From assembly GCA_947629215.1 (NCBI GenBank), contig CANRCU010000001.1, forward strand, positions 1 to 38,701: a DNA stretch of 38,701 bases, written 5' to 3'. The stretch comes from an uncultured Clostridia bacterium (GTDB lineage Bacteria; Bacillota; Clostridia; Lachnospirales; CAG-274). Under the pieces are notes generated by a model. The model saw only the letters and a program-made list of their open reading frames with translations, made no database searches and was not told the DNA's origin. Each line of letters starts with the position of its first letter. The first letter of the stretch is position 1. Both the position numbers and the translations under genes were made by a program. Positions 1 to 7,512 of the stretch are shown in pieces.

Positions 1-208
1 CTCGCTCTTTTCCTCTGACGAAAAGCACTTTTGGCTGCGCCAAAAGCCGCACTTCGTGCGTCCGCATTGCTTTTTTGCGGTGCATAAGCAAAGCTCATCC
101 TGCGGATTCCGGTCTGCGACGCTTTAAGTTAGTTTTATAAACAAAGTTTTTTGACAGTCTGACTGCCGCCAACAACATTTGGCGGCAGTTTTTAAATTGC
201 TGAGTTTT

Positions 209-910
209 TTATTTTTTTGCAATATTGCGTAAATCGTCTTCCAACGCCTTTCTGCGTCGGTGTTCATGTTCAAGTTCTTTCTGTATTTCATCGATACGCT
301 TGAATATATTGATAACAGCCTCCTGTTCATTTTCGGGCTGCATATGCTCGTTTGCATTGTTTTGTTTTTCTATCTCTTTGCGGAATACAGCCCTGAATAA
401 TACTCTTACAACAGGCTGTATAAAAAACAACTGTGTAAAGTAAGCGAAGGGAAAATTCAAACATACCAATTTGAGCCAATTTGCCAATAAAGTTAAAATA
501 TTGAATCCCATATAGTAGGGATAGTAGAGAAAAGCGGCAATAAAGCTCATAGTCGGACACATTATACCGACGGTCGCACATATTACAGCCGTTTCAAATA
601 TCATGGGATGATTTTTGGCGGGATTGAATATCCTGCATGCAAGTTTGAATGAAACGGGGCTGCCAACTATATTCTCCAACAGATAAGCAATAATAAATTC
701 CGATATTACGCAAAACCATATCGGTTTATATGTACCGAACATATATACTCCACCCTGTTTATTAAGGGCTGAGATAACGCTTGTTGTGTTGTTTACCGCC
801 ATTAATGTATCCCCGTTTATTACATACAGACTGTAAAATACATATGCATGTACAGTGATAATGACTGTAATAAAGGCAAATACCATTCTCTGAAATTGGT
901 TTTTCGGCAT
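209..910 (-). CDS. DUF2798-like polytopic membrane protein with a charged coiled-coil C-terminal tail
   Basis: ORF 209..1057 trimmed to the ATG at 910, which follows AAAGGAGGA at good spacing. The N-terminus MPKNQFQRMVFAFITVIITVHAYVFYSLYV and a second similar hydrophobic half resemble the DUF2798 two-repeat pattern (from memory). The C-terminus is rich in E/K/R. Confidence 0.5.
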   Translation of the reverse strand: MPKNQFQRMVFAFITVIITVHAYVFYSLYVINGDTLMAVNNTTSVISALNKQGGVYMFGTYKPIWFCVISEFIIAYLLENIVGSPVSFKLACRIFNPAKNHPMIFETAVICATVGIMCPTMSFIAAFLYYPYYMGFNILTLLANWLKLVCLNFPFAYFTQLFFIQPVVRVLFRAVFRKEIEKQNNANEHMQPENEQEAVINIFKRIDEIQKELEHEHRRRKALEDDLRNIAKK

Positions 911-1242
911 AAAATATCCTCCTTTTAGCACAAAAAAACACATGTGTGCCATAACATACTCTGTAATCAGATTTACGTGCAATGCACCACATGTGTCAAT
1001 ATGTATATATAATTTTTTACAGTGAATATGATACCATAATTTCAAGTAAAAAATCAAGAAAAAATTTTTGACCGTTCAAGTAGAATGTTAAAGTGTCAAT
1101 GCACTTTAACAGTGACTTTTTTATACTCGGAAATAACTCCTTTACTTTGTTTGTTTTATATGTTAAAATTATATCACAGTTGTAGATACGCAACGCGTAT
1201 TACGGATTTTTTTTTAACGAAAATAAAGAAGGAGTGACAACA

Positions 1243-2172
1243 ATGAAAAAAACAATACCGACCAAAGCGGCAGCATTGCTGTTTACATCAGCCCTTATTC
1301 TGACGTCGGTCACACCCATAAATACATATGCCGCAAGAACCACCGAAACAGCCGTATTCTCCGATATAGGTATGACTGTAAACGGTGAGGAATTAAATAT
1401 GCGCCCCGTTATAATAAACGGTACAAGCTATTTTCCGGTAAGAACCATAGGTTATGCCCTTAACTGTAAAACAGAATGGATAGCGGACACAAAAAGCATA
1501 ATCCTTACAAGTCAAGGCAAAGAAGCAGGCGATGATACCTTTGAACAGGGCAGCGGCACGGCAGAGGCTATATTCGACGACGAGATCTCTCTTACAGCCG
1601 ACGGAAAAAATGTAAATACATCCATAGCCATAGTAGACAACAGAAGCTATGTTCCCATCAAAACGGTTGCCGAGGCTATGGGCAAACGCGCTGCATGGGA
1701 CGAGGACACACGAACAATACAAATTGTAGACCCGCAAACAGTTGTCGTAGACGATGATATTAAGGATTACTATGTTTATGACCTGCCCGAAATAAAAACT
1801 CAAGAAGATTACCTTGTGGGAAACTGGAAAGGTTACCTTGATACTTGGGCTAAATTAGATTACGAATACTTTATAACCAAAAATGATGACGGTACATATA
1901 AAGTAATTGTAAAATCAACAATAGCAGAAGATACCGACGAATATAAAGAATATGCAGGAAATTCTTCTGTTGATGAATGTACAGGTCATTATGACAGTGA
2001 AACAAATAAACTTCTTGTTACGGATGCTAAAAATATATACAGAGAAGAACCATACGGAGAAGAATGGGGTGACGATTATCTTGTACTTGATGGGGATGTG
2101 TTGAATATGCCTTATGAGGACAATATAAAAGAAGATGAAGATTTCAAGAACGGAAAACTTACAAGGTTTTGA
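1243..2172 (+). CDS. Secreted protein with a copper-amine-oxidase N-terminal-like (stalk) domain and an acidic C-terminal domain of unknown function
   Basis: ATG at 1243 lies behind AAGAAGGAG. Signal peptide MKKTIPTKAAALLFTSALILTSVTPINTYA. Two halves of the form VNG..L......I.NG.SY.P.R......G....WD.....I are typical of the Cu_amine_oxidN1 fold. Confidence 0.65.
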   Translation: MKKTIPTKAAALLFTSALILTSVTPINTYAARTTETAVFSDIGMTVNGEELNMRPVIINGTSYFPVRTIGYALNCKTEWIADTKSIILTSQGKEAGDDTFEQGSGTAEAIFDDEISLTADGKNVNTSIAIVDNRSYVPIKTVAEAMGKRAAWDEDTRTIQIVDPQTVVVDDDIKDYYVYDLPEIKTQEDYLVGNWKGYLDTWAKLDYEYFITKNDDGTYKVIVKSTIAEDTDEYKEYAGNSSVDECTGHYDSETNKLLVTDAKNIYREEPYGEEWGDDYLVLDGDVLNMPYEDNIKEDEDFKNGKLTRF

Positions 2173-2281
2173 CCGATGGGTAAATCCACCGCCTAAATAG
2201 GCGGTGGATACTTTGTTGTATTCTGTGGGGAAAACAAAACGAATACAAAGGCTTTGATAAAAGTTGTCGACAGCGGCTGCT

Positions 2282-3031
2282 TTATTCGCCGTCCACCGCC
2301 TGTTTTGCCAGAGCGATAAATTCGTCCTTATCTTCGGCGGGGTCGGAGGCTATAAGGCAATAGCCTACGCCGTCTTTGTTCCATACGACCGAAAGCATGG
2401 TGTTTATCTCAATATCTTTGCTGCCGTAGCTTATCACAAGCTCGCCCTTTTCCTGAAGCTCTTTGTCCTCTTCGGTCAGTTTGTAATCGGGCGGTACAAA
2501 TTTATATACATCGCTGCGGTAATAAAGAGTTACACCGTTATAGTCGACAGACTCGCTGCCTTCGGTATCTGTTACGGAGCCGGGCTTTGTATCAAGGTTC
2601 AGAAAACCGTTTTCTGTTTTGTAACTGAAATTCATGCCGGTATAATCTCTTACGGCATTTTTGTTTTCGTCACGTTCGGTTGAGTGGACGGGTACACAGC
2701 TTTCAAATTCGTGATCGCCAAGTTTTTTCGGATAAACGGGCGTATAATCTATGATATTTTTCAGCTCGTCGAGTGTGGGATAATGGTTTATATCTTCATA
2801 ATGCGAAGAATGGCTTTCGGTTGAAGCTATTTTACCCGCGCCTATGGCGATGCCGGAGATCGCGGCGCACATAACGGCGCATACAGCCAATACTCTTACA
2901 GGTTTTATCTTTTTCATTTTTAAGCACTCCTTTTCATATCTTTCCGTTATATCGGATAACATATTTTCTTTGGGGGCAATATCCTTTGCGGCATATTCAA
3001 GCGCCGCCCTTATTTTATTATCCATATACAT
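2282..3031 (-). CDS. Membrane-anchored putative anti-sigma factor (short cytoplasmic N-terminus, one TM, extracellular DUF4367-like domain)
   Basis: Its start overlaps the stop of the upstream sigma gene by 14 nt, and GGAGGG lies 5 nt upstream of the ATG. It has a single TM (VRVLAVCAVMCAAISGIAIGAG) followed by ~180 extracytoplasmic residues. Function is inferred mainly from position. Confidence 0.5.
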   Translation of the reverse strand: MYMDNKIRAALEYAAKDIAPKENMLSDITERYEKECLKMKKIKPVRVLAVCAVMCAAISGIAIGAGKIASTESHSSHYEDINHYPTLDELKNIIDYTPVYPKKLGDHEFESCVPVHSTERDENKNAVRDYTGMNFSYKTENGFLNLDTKPGSVTDTEGSESVDYNGVTLYYRSDVYKFVPPDYKLTEEDKELQEKGELVISYGSKDIEINTMLSVVWNKDGVGYCLIASDPAEDKDEFIALAKQAVDGE

Positions 3032-3539
3032 ATTCGCCCTCCATTCTTTCTTTTAATAATTTTGTTGCGGCATTGAGCCTTGATTTGACCGTACCCTGCG
3101 GACAGCCGAGCGCAGAACTTATCTCTTTTATGCTCATATCCGCATAAAAATACATAACTATCACCGCACGGTGCTTTGCGCCCAAGGTCTTTATACAGTC
3201 GTAAATATAACTTGTGTCCGAGGGATAGCGATCCGTGACGGATATATCGCCGTATATGTCCTCACAAGGAACGGTCTGTTTACTTTTACCGGCAGCTTTG
3301 TATGACAGCCTTGTCACTATCTTATAAAACCATGGTCTGAAAGCATTGTTGTCTTTCAGCGTTTTTATGGAACGCAGGCATTGTATAAAGGCGTCCTGCA
3401 AGATGTCCTCGGCGGTCTGGTAGTCCGAAACGATAAGATACGCCATGCGCAGGGCAGGTTTGGCATACAGCGCATACAGTGTTTCAAGACCCGACATATC
3501 GCCGCTTTTCAAGGCTCTCACCGCAGTTTCTTCATGCAT
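3018..3539 (-). CDS. ECF-type RNA polymerase sigma-70 family factor
   Basis: Region 2-like DAFIQCLRSIKTLKDNNAFRPWFYKIVTRLSYK and region 4 HTH AVIVMYFYADMSIKEISSALGCPQGTVKSRLNAATKLLKERM. The start is placed at ATG 3539 (GGAGA 7 nt upstream) rather than the ORF-track start at 3620. Confidence 0.8.
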   Translation of the reverse strand: MHEETAVRALKSGDMSGLETLYALYAKPALRMAYLIVSDYQTAEDILQDAFIQCLRSIKTLKDNNAFRPWFYKIVTRLSYKAAGKSKQTVPCEDIYGDISVTDRYPSDTSYIYDCIKTLGAKHRAVIVMYFYADMSIKEISSALGCPQGTVKSRLNAATKLLKERMEGEYVYG

Positions 3540-3614
3540 TTCATCATCTCCGGTACATTTTTTAGAAGCTTCTGTATATAAGAGGAAAATTTTTTTCAAA
3601 AGGTTCATTTTTTG

Positions 3615-3643
3615 TTGCAATTTTTTATATTATGGTTTATAAT
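3615..3643 (+). promoter_or_regulatory. Sigma-A-like promoter for the scaffoldin gene (TTGCAA-17-TATAAT)
   Basis: TTGCAA at 3615..3620, a 17-nt spacer, and TATAAT at 3638..3643, about 48 nt upstream of ATG 3691. Confidence 0.4.
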
Positions 3644-3690
3644 CATATTATAATTATATACTATACGAATCTGTTCGGGGAGGAAAATTT

Positions 3691-5169
3691 ATGATATTTA
3701 AAAAAATATTCTGCGCCGTAACGGCGGTCACCGCCGCTATGCTTATGTGTGTCACAGCTCAGGCAGCCGAATACAAGCTTGAATCAAAAACTGTGGCAGC
3801 AGGCGACACGGTCACGCTTAAACTGACGGCATCGCCAAACGCGGTCAATACAAACGGCAGTGCCGTTAATGATCCGCAGCTTAACGGATATGCGCTTTCC
3901 ATTACATATGATGCAAATGTGCTTACGCCCGTATCTGTCGGCAAAGATGCCGCAAGCGCAGATACCTATGGCAAAAATCTGCTTGGCTCGGGTATTATGG
4001 TCGCAGACAACGACGTCAATAACAAAAAACTGACTGTTGCATGGGCAAATTCGACATCCAAGCCGTTTTCAAAGGATATGCAGCTTGCGGAATTTCAATT
4101 TAAGGTAGCGCCCGACGCAAAAGCGGCGGATACGGCTTTAACGCTTAATATAATCGCTACCGCCAACGGCGAAACTACATACGATAACACAAATACAAAC
4201 ATAGGCGGTAAAATAACCGTAACGGCTGCCGCTGTTTCAACGGAAAGCACGACGGAAACCACCACAAGCGCTTCGGGCGGTATCGGCGGCGGAGGCGGCG
4301 AAGGAGATATACCGTCTAAACCCACGACCTCTGCAACTACAACAACTACTACAGAAGCAACTACGGAAACAACGACCAAAGATAATTCGGGCGGACATAA
4401 TAAACCCGAAACAACAACGAAAGTTGAAACTCCGACCGAATCGACTACAAAGAAAGTCGAAACTCCGACCGAAACTACTACTAAGAAAGTCGAAACTTCG
4501 ACAGAAACCACTACTAAGAAAGTCGAAACTTCGACAGAAACTACTACTAAGAAAGTCGAAACTCCGACAGAAACCACTACTAAGAAAGTGAATACTCCGA
4601 CGGAAACCACTACTAAGAAAGTCGAAACTTCAACCGAAACTACTACCAAGAAAGTTGAAATTCCGACAGAAACTACTACAAAGAAGGTTGAAACTCCGAC
4701 GGAAACCACTACAAAGAAAGTCGAAACTTCGACAGAAACCACTACTAAGAAAGTCGAAACTCCGACCGAAACTACTACCAAGAAGGTTGAAACTTCGACA
4801 GAAACTACTACCAAGAAAGTTGAAACTCCAACGGAAACAACTACTAAGAAAGTAGATACTCCGACAGAATCGACCACCAAGAAAGTCGAAACTCCGACCG
4901 AAACAACCACCGATAAAACAGATACGGGCAGCAGCTACCCATACGGTGATGCCAATGCCGATAACGTTCTTACGGCTGCGGACTCGGCATCTATACTCCA
5001 AAAAGTACTCAGGGGCAGTTTATTCACAATGAAGATCGAAACAAAAACATCGGATTATATGAAGTATGTCGATGTTAACGGTGATAAGGTGCTGAATGCG
5101 GGCGATGCGGCTTTGGTTCTTCAAAAAACGCTGAATAATTCATTTGTGATGCCCGTCGAGAAAAAATAG
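3691..5169 (+). CDS. Adaptor-type scaffoldin: signal peptide, one cohesin module, Thr-rich repetitive linker, C-terminal dockerin
   Basis: RBS GGGGAGGA. Cohesin-like pattern AAGDTVTLKLTAS...LNGYALSITYDANVLTPVSV...LAEFQFKVAPDAKAADTALTL...IGGKITV. Dockerin YGDANADNVLTAADSASILQKVL...VDVNGDKVLNAGDAALVLQKTL has two Ca-binding F-hand repeats. Confidence 0.75.
   Translation: MIFKKIFCAVTAVTAAMLMCVTAQAAEYKLESKTVAAGDTVTLKLTASPNAVNTNGSAVNDPQLNGYALSITYDANVLTPVSVGKDAASADTYGKNLLGSGIMVADNDVNNKKLTVAWANSTSKPFSKDMQLAEFQFKVAPDAKAADTALTLNIIATANGETTYDNTNTNIGGKITVTAAAVSTESTTETTTSASGGIGGGGGEGDIPSKPTTSATTTTTTEATTETTTKDNSGGHNKPETTTKVETPTESTTKKVETPTETTTKKVETSTETTTKKVETSTETTTKKVETPTETTTKKVNTPTETTTKKVETSTETTTKKVEIPTETTTKKVETPTETTTKKVETSTETTTKKVETPTETTTKKVETSTETTTKKVETPTETTTKKVDTPTESTTKKVETPTETTTDKTDTGSSYPYGDANADNVLTAADSASILQKVLRGSLFTMKIETKTSDYMKYVDVNGDKVLNAGDAALVLQKTLNNSFVMPVEKK
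4420..4914 (+). repeat. 15 tandem in-frame copies of a 33-bp unit encoding KVE(T/I)(P/S)TE(T/S)TTK
   Basis: Counted directly in the translation and the DNA. The units differ mostly by synonymous or P/S changes, and the frame is maintained throughout. Confidence 0.9.
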
Positions 5170-5215
5170 ACAACAAACATTGTCTTGGTTTCGTATATTT
5201 GTTTGGCAAATACAC

Positions 5216-5252
5216 AAAAAGACTCAAACCTTTATCGGGATGAGTCTTTTTA
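5216..5252 (+). terminator. Intrinsic terminator after the scaffoldin gene
   Basis: AAAAGACTCA ... TGAGTCTTTT stem followed by a T-run. Confidence 0.6.
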
Positions 5253-5477
5253 AATGCAAAATGTCCGATATATTTGCGGTTGCGGAGGCAGGATTGATAT
5301 AATATAACGAAACCGTTCATCTGCATATTGAAGTATATTGTAAGATTTTTTAAAAATTGTTATATTGTTCTTGATTTTTTTTTACAAAAGTGATAAAATC
5401 AAAGTATAAATCATAAGAGCTTATTTGCGGTCAATTTATAAGTTCTTATAAATAAAACACGAAGGGAGTTCATAAAG

Positions 5478-6437
5478 ATGAATGAAGTTTTGGAGAAATT
5501 AAGTCTTATCGGTATTGTACCCGTTGTTGTTATCAACGATGTTGAGAAAGCTGTTCCGCTGGCAAAAGCGCTTGTTGCAGGCGGTATCCCATGTGCAGAG
5601 GTAACATTCAGAACGGCAGCTGCCGAAGAAGCCATCAAAAGAATGTCTGCGGAAGTTCCCGAGCTTATTGTCGGCGCAGGTACCGTGCTTACAAAAGAAC
5701 AGGCTGACAAAGCTATTGCCGCAGGTTCAAAGTTCCTTGTAAGCCCCGGTCTTGACCCCGAGATAGTTAAATACTGCAACGAAAAAGGTTATCTTATCAC
5801 ACCCGGTACTTGCAACCCAAGCGACCTTAACCATGCCGTTAACCTTGGTCTTGAAGTTGTTAAGTTCTTCCCGGCTGAAGCGGCAGGCGGCCTTAATATG
5901 ATAAAATCTATGGCAGCAGCTTATACAACACTTAAATTCATGCCCACAGGCGGTATCAACGCAGGCAATCTGAACAGTTATCTTGCATATAACAAAATCA
6001 TCTGCTGCGGCGGTAGCTGGATGGTAAAGAGCGACCTTATCGACAACGGTGAGTTTGACAAAATCACAGAGCTTTGCAAAGAGGCTGTTGCATCTATGCT
6101 CGGTTTTGAGTTTGCTCATGTCGGCATCAATACAGAAAACGAAGAAGCTGCTCTTGCTGTTGCAAACAAATTCAGCAAGCTGTTCAACTTCCCGATCAAA
6201 AACGGCAACTCGGCTGTATTTGCAGGCACAGGTATCGAAGTAAGAAAGCAAATGTTCCTTGGCAAGAACGGTCATATCGCTATTAAGACAAGGTATCTTG
6301 ACAGAGCTGTAAATTACCTTAACTATATCGGCGAAGAAGTTGATATGGAAACAGCTGTTGTTAAGAACGGAAAAATTACATCTGTTTACTTAAAAGAACA
6401 TATCGGCGATTTTGCCGTACATCTGGTACAGGCTTGA
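5478..6437 (+). CDS. eda: KDPG / 4-hydroxy-2-oxoglutarate aldolase (Eda) fused to a ~110-aa C-terminal VOC/glyoxalase-like domain
   Basis: Eda-like blocks IVPVVVINDVEKAVPLAKALVAGGIPCAEVTFRT, GAGTVLT..QA..A..AGSKFLVSPG and VKFFPAEAAGG...KFMPTGGI. Beyond about residue 205 the sequence continues as FEFAHVGINTENEEAALAVANKF...GHIAIKT...DFAVHLV. Confidence 0.8.
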   Translation: MNEVLEKLSLIGIVPVVVINDVEKAVPLAKALVAGGIPCAEVTFRTAAAEEAIKRMSAEVPELIVGAGTVLTKEQADKAIAAGSKFLVSPGLDPEIVKYCNEKGYLITPGTCNPSDLNHAVNLGLEVVKFFPAEAAGGLNMIKSMAAAYTTLKFMPTGGINAGNLNSYLAYNKIICCGGSWMVKSDLIDNGEFDKITELCKEAVASMLGFEFAHVGINTENEEAALAVANKFSKLFNFPIKNGNSAVFAGTGIEVRKQMFLGKNGHIAIKTRYLDRAVNYLNYIGEEVDMETAVVKNGKITSVYLKEHIGDFAVHLVQA

Positions 6438-6470
6438 TGATTTAGCGGATCGAATAGGTGCTTTTATATC

Positions 6471-6516
6471 GACCCCTGTAAGTTAGACCAAAAATCTGAC
6501 TACAGGGGTCTTTTTT
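6471..6516 (+). terminator. Intrinsic terminator after eda
   Basis: GACCCCTGTA ... TACAGGGGTC, a perfect 10-bp stem, followed by TTTTTT. Confidence 0.7.
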
Positions 6517-6657
6517 ACGGTAAAATTCAATTTTAGATATTCGTACTCCGATATGTTGCGACTCATATTCGGCGGCTTCAGTTATAATTATAAATCATCA
6601 TTTTTGTTTTATTTATGATGGTTTTTCAAAAAAAATTGCTTTTTACGCATAAAACTA

Positions 6658-6686
6658 TTGACAATTTATTATTTTTAATGTATTAT
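6658..6686 (+). promoter_or_regulatory. Sigma-A-like promoter (TTGACA-17-TATTAT)
   Basis: TTGACA at 6658..6663 and TATTAT at 6681..6686, about 60 nt upstream of ATG 6745. Confidence 0.4.
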
Positions 6687-6744
6687 AAAATTATAGAATT
6701 AAAATATTTATAGGACATAGTTAATTTGAAAGGAAGTAGTTAAA

Positions 6745-7131
6745 ATGAATTTTGAAGAGATGTTTGCCCGTGCAGGCGAAAGACTGAACAAGGCTAAGGT
6801 CAAAGATGTTTCCGAGCATATTACAGTTCAGTTCAACGTCAGCGGAGAAGGCAGCGGTGCTTTTTATGCTGAAATTGCTGAGGGCAAGATCAATGTTCAG
6901 CCTTATGATTATAAAGGCTGTGATATACAGGTAGATGCCGACAGTGATGCTCTTGTTACTGCATTGGAAAGCAAAACAGCAGATACGCTCAGTTTCAGAG
7001 GTGACGAGGCTAAAATCGCTGTATTAAAGCCTATCCTTGCAGCTATACCTAAAAAGGTCGTTCGTAAAACTGCAGCTAAAACCGATGATAAGCCTGCTAA
7101 AAAAAGCAGCAAGAAATCTGCAAAAAATTAA
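6745..7131 (+). CDS. SCP2 (sterol-carrier-like) domain protein with a Lys-rich tail
   Basis: RBS GAAAGGAAG. The pattern ITVQFNVSGEGSGAFYAEIAEGKINVQP...DIQVDADSDALVTAL...LSFRGDEAKIAVLKPIL resembles the SCP2 fold signature. The tail is KKVVRKTAAKTDDKPAKKSSKKSAKN. Confidence 0.5.
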   Translation: MNFEEMFARAGERLNKAKVKDVSEHITVQFNVSGEGSGAFYAEIAEGKINVQPYDYKGCDIQVDADSDALVTALESKTADTLSFRGDEAKIAVLKPILAAIPKKVVRKTAAKTDDKPAKKSSKKSAKN

Positions 7132-7176
7132 TTGTTTTGCATGATTTTTAAATATTGATAATTAACATAAAATCAA

Positions 7177-7207
7177 ACGGCGCAAAATTTTTTGTGCCGT
7201 TTTTTTG
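7177..7207 (+). terminator. Intrinsic terminator after the SCP2-like gene
   Basis: ACGGCGC ... GTGCCGT stem (one G-U pair) followed by TTTTTTT. Confidence 0.6.
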
Positions 7208-7337
7208 GTTCTTTTTCAAATAGTGTGTTTTTGTAATCATCAAAAGTTTCACAAGTGGCGTAGGCATTAATATAAAATTTTTTCTGCCCAAATCTTTTAC
7301 AAAAAAACAGGTAGAGGCAAAAATCAATTTATAAATC

Positions 7338-7440
7338 TTGGCTCAAACCTTTGTGGGGTACGGGGCAAAGCCCCGTTTATAAAGTTTTCGATCAAGCCTT
7401 TTGCAAAAGGCTTGTGGGGCATGGGCAAAGCCCCATAAAA
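7338..7440. repeat. Two tandem copies (60-bp period) of a GC-rich hairpin element
   Basis: TTGTGGGGTACGGGGCAAAGCCCCGT (7351..7376) and TTGTGGGGCATGGGCAAAGCCCCAT (7412..7436). There is also a perfect 20-bp palindrome, AAGCCTTTTGCAAAAGGCTT, at 7394..7413. Confidence 0.5.
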
Positions 7441-7445
7441 ATAAA

Positions 7446-7500
7446 AAATAAAAAAAAACAGGGCTGTCCGATAGCATTTGCCGCTATTGTGACAGCCCTT
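7446..7500 (-). terminator. Intrinsic terminator of the pectate lyase gene
   Basis: On the minus strand, AGGGCTGTC ... GACAGCCCT is followed by a long T-run (the A-run at 7446..7458 on plus). Confidence 0.7.
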
Positions 7501-7512
7501 GTATTATTAAGG

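Noticed and set aside
1-125. A GC-rich, hairpin-rich segment at the window edge (for example CTTTTGGC-TGC-GCCAAAAG).
   Set aside because: It is truncated by the window boundary and has no convincing ORF. I cannot tell whether it is a repeat element, an RNA or the tail of an upstream feature, so it is mentioned only as context under the 7338..7440 finding.
4095-4910. 271-aa minus-strand ORF (VVVSVGVSTFL repeats), plus the overlapping ORFs 4630..5001 and 4655..4855.
   Set aside because: They are mirror-image and out-of-frame readings of the 33-bp Thr-rich repeat of the scaffoldin gene. They have no RBS or start context and are low-complexity, so they are artefacts of the repeat.
4420-4914. A regular 33-bp periodicity that could superficially suggest a CRISPR array.
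   Set aside because: The units are contiguous with no unique spacers. They are in frame within a long ORF and encode a coherent peptide repeat. No cas genes or leader are present.
5075-5326. An 83-aa minus-strand ORF spanning the scaffoldin 3' end and its terminator.
   Set aside because: It overlaps the dockerin coding region and the intrinsic terminator, and it has no start context.
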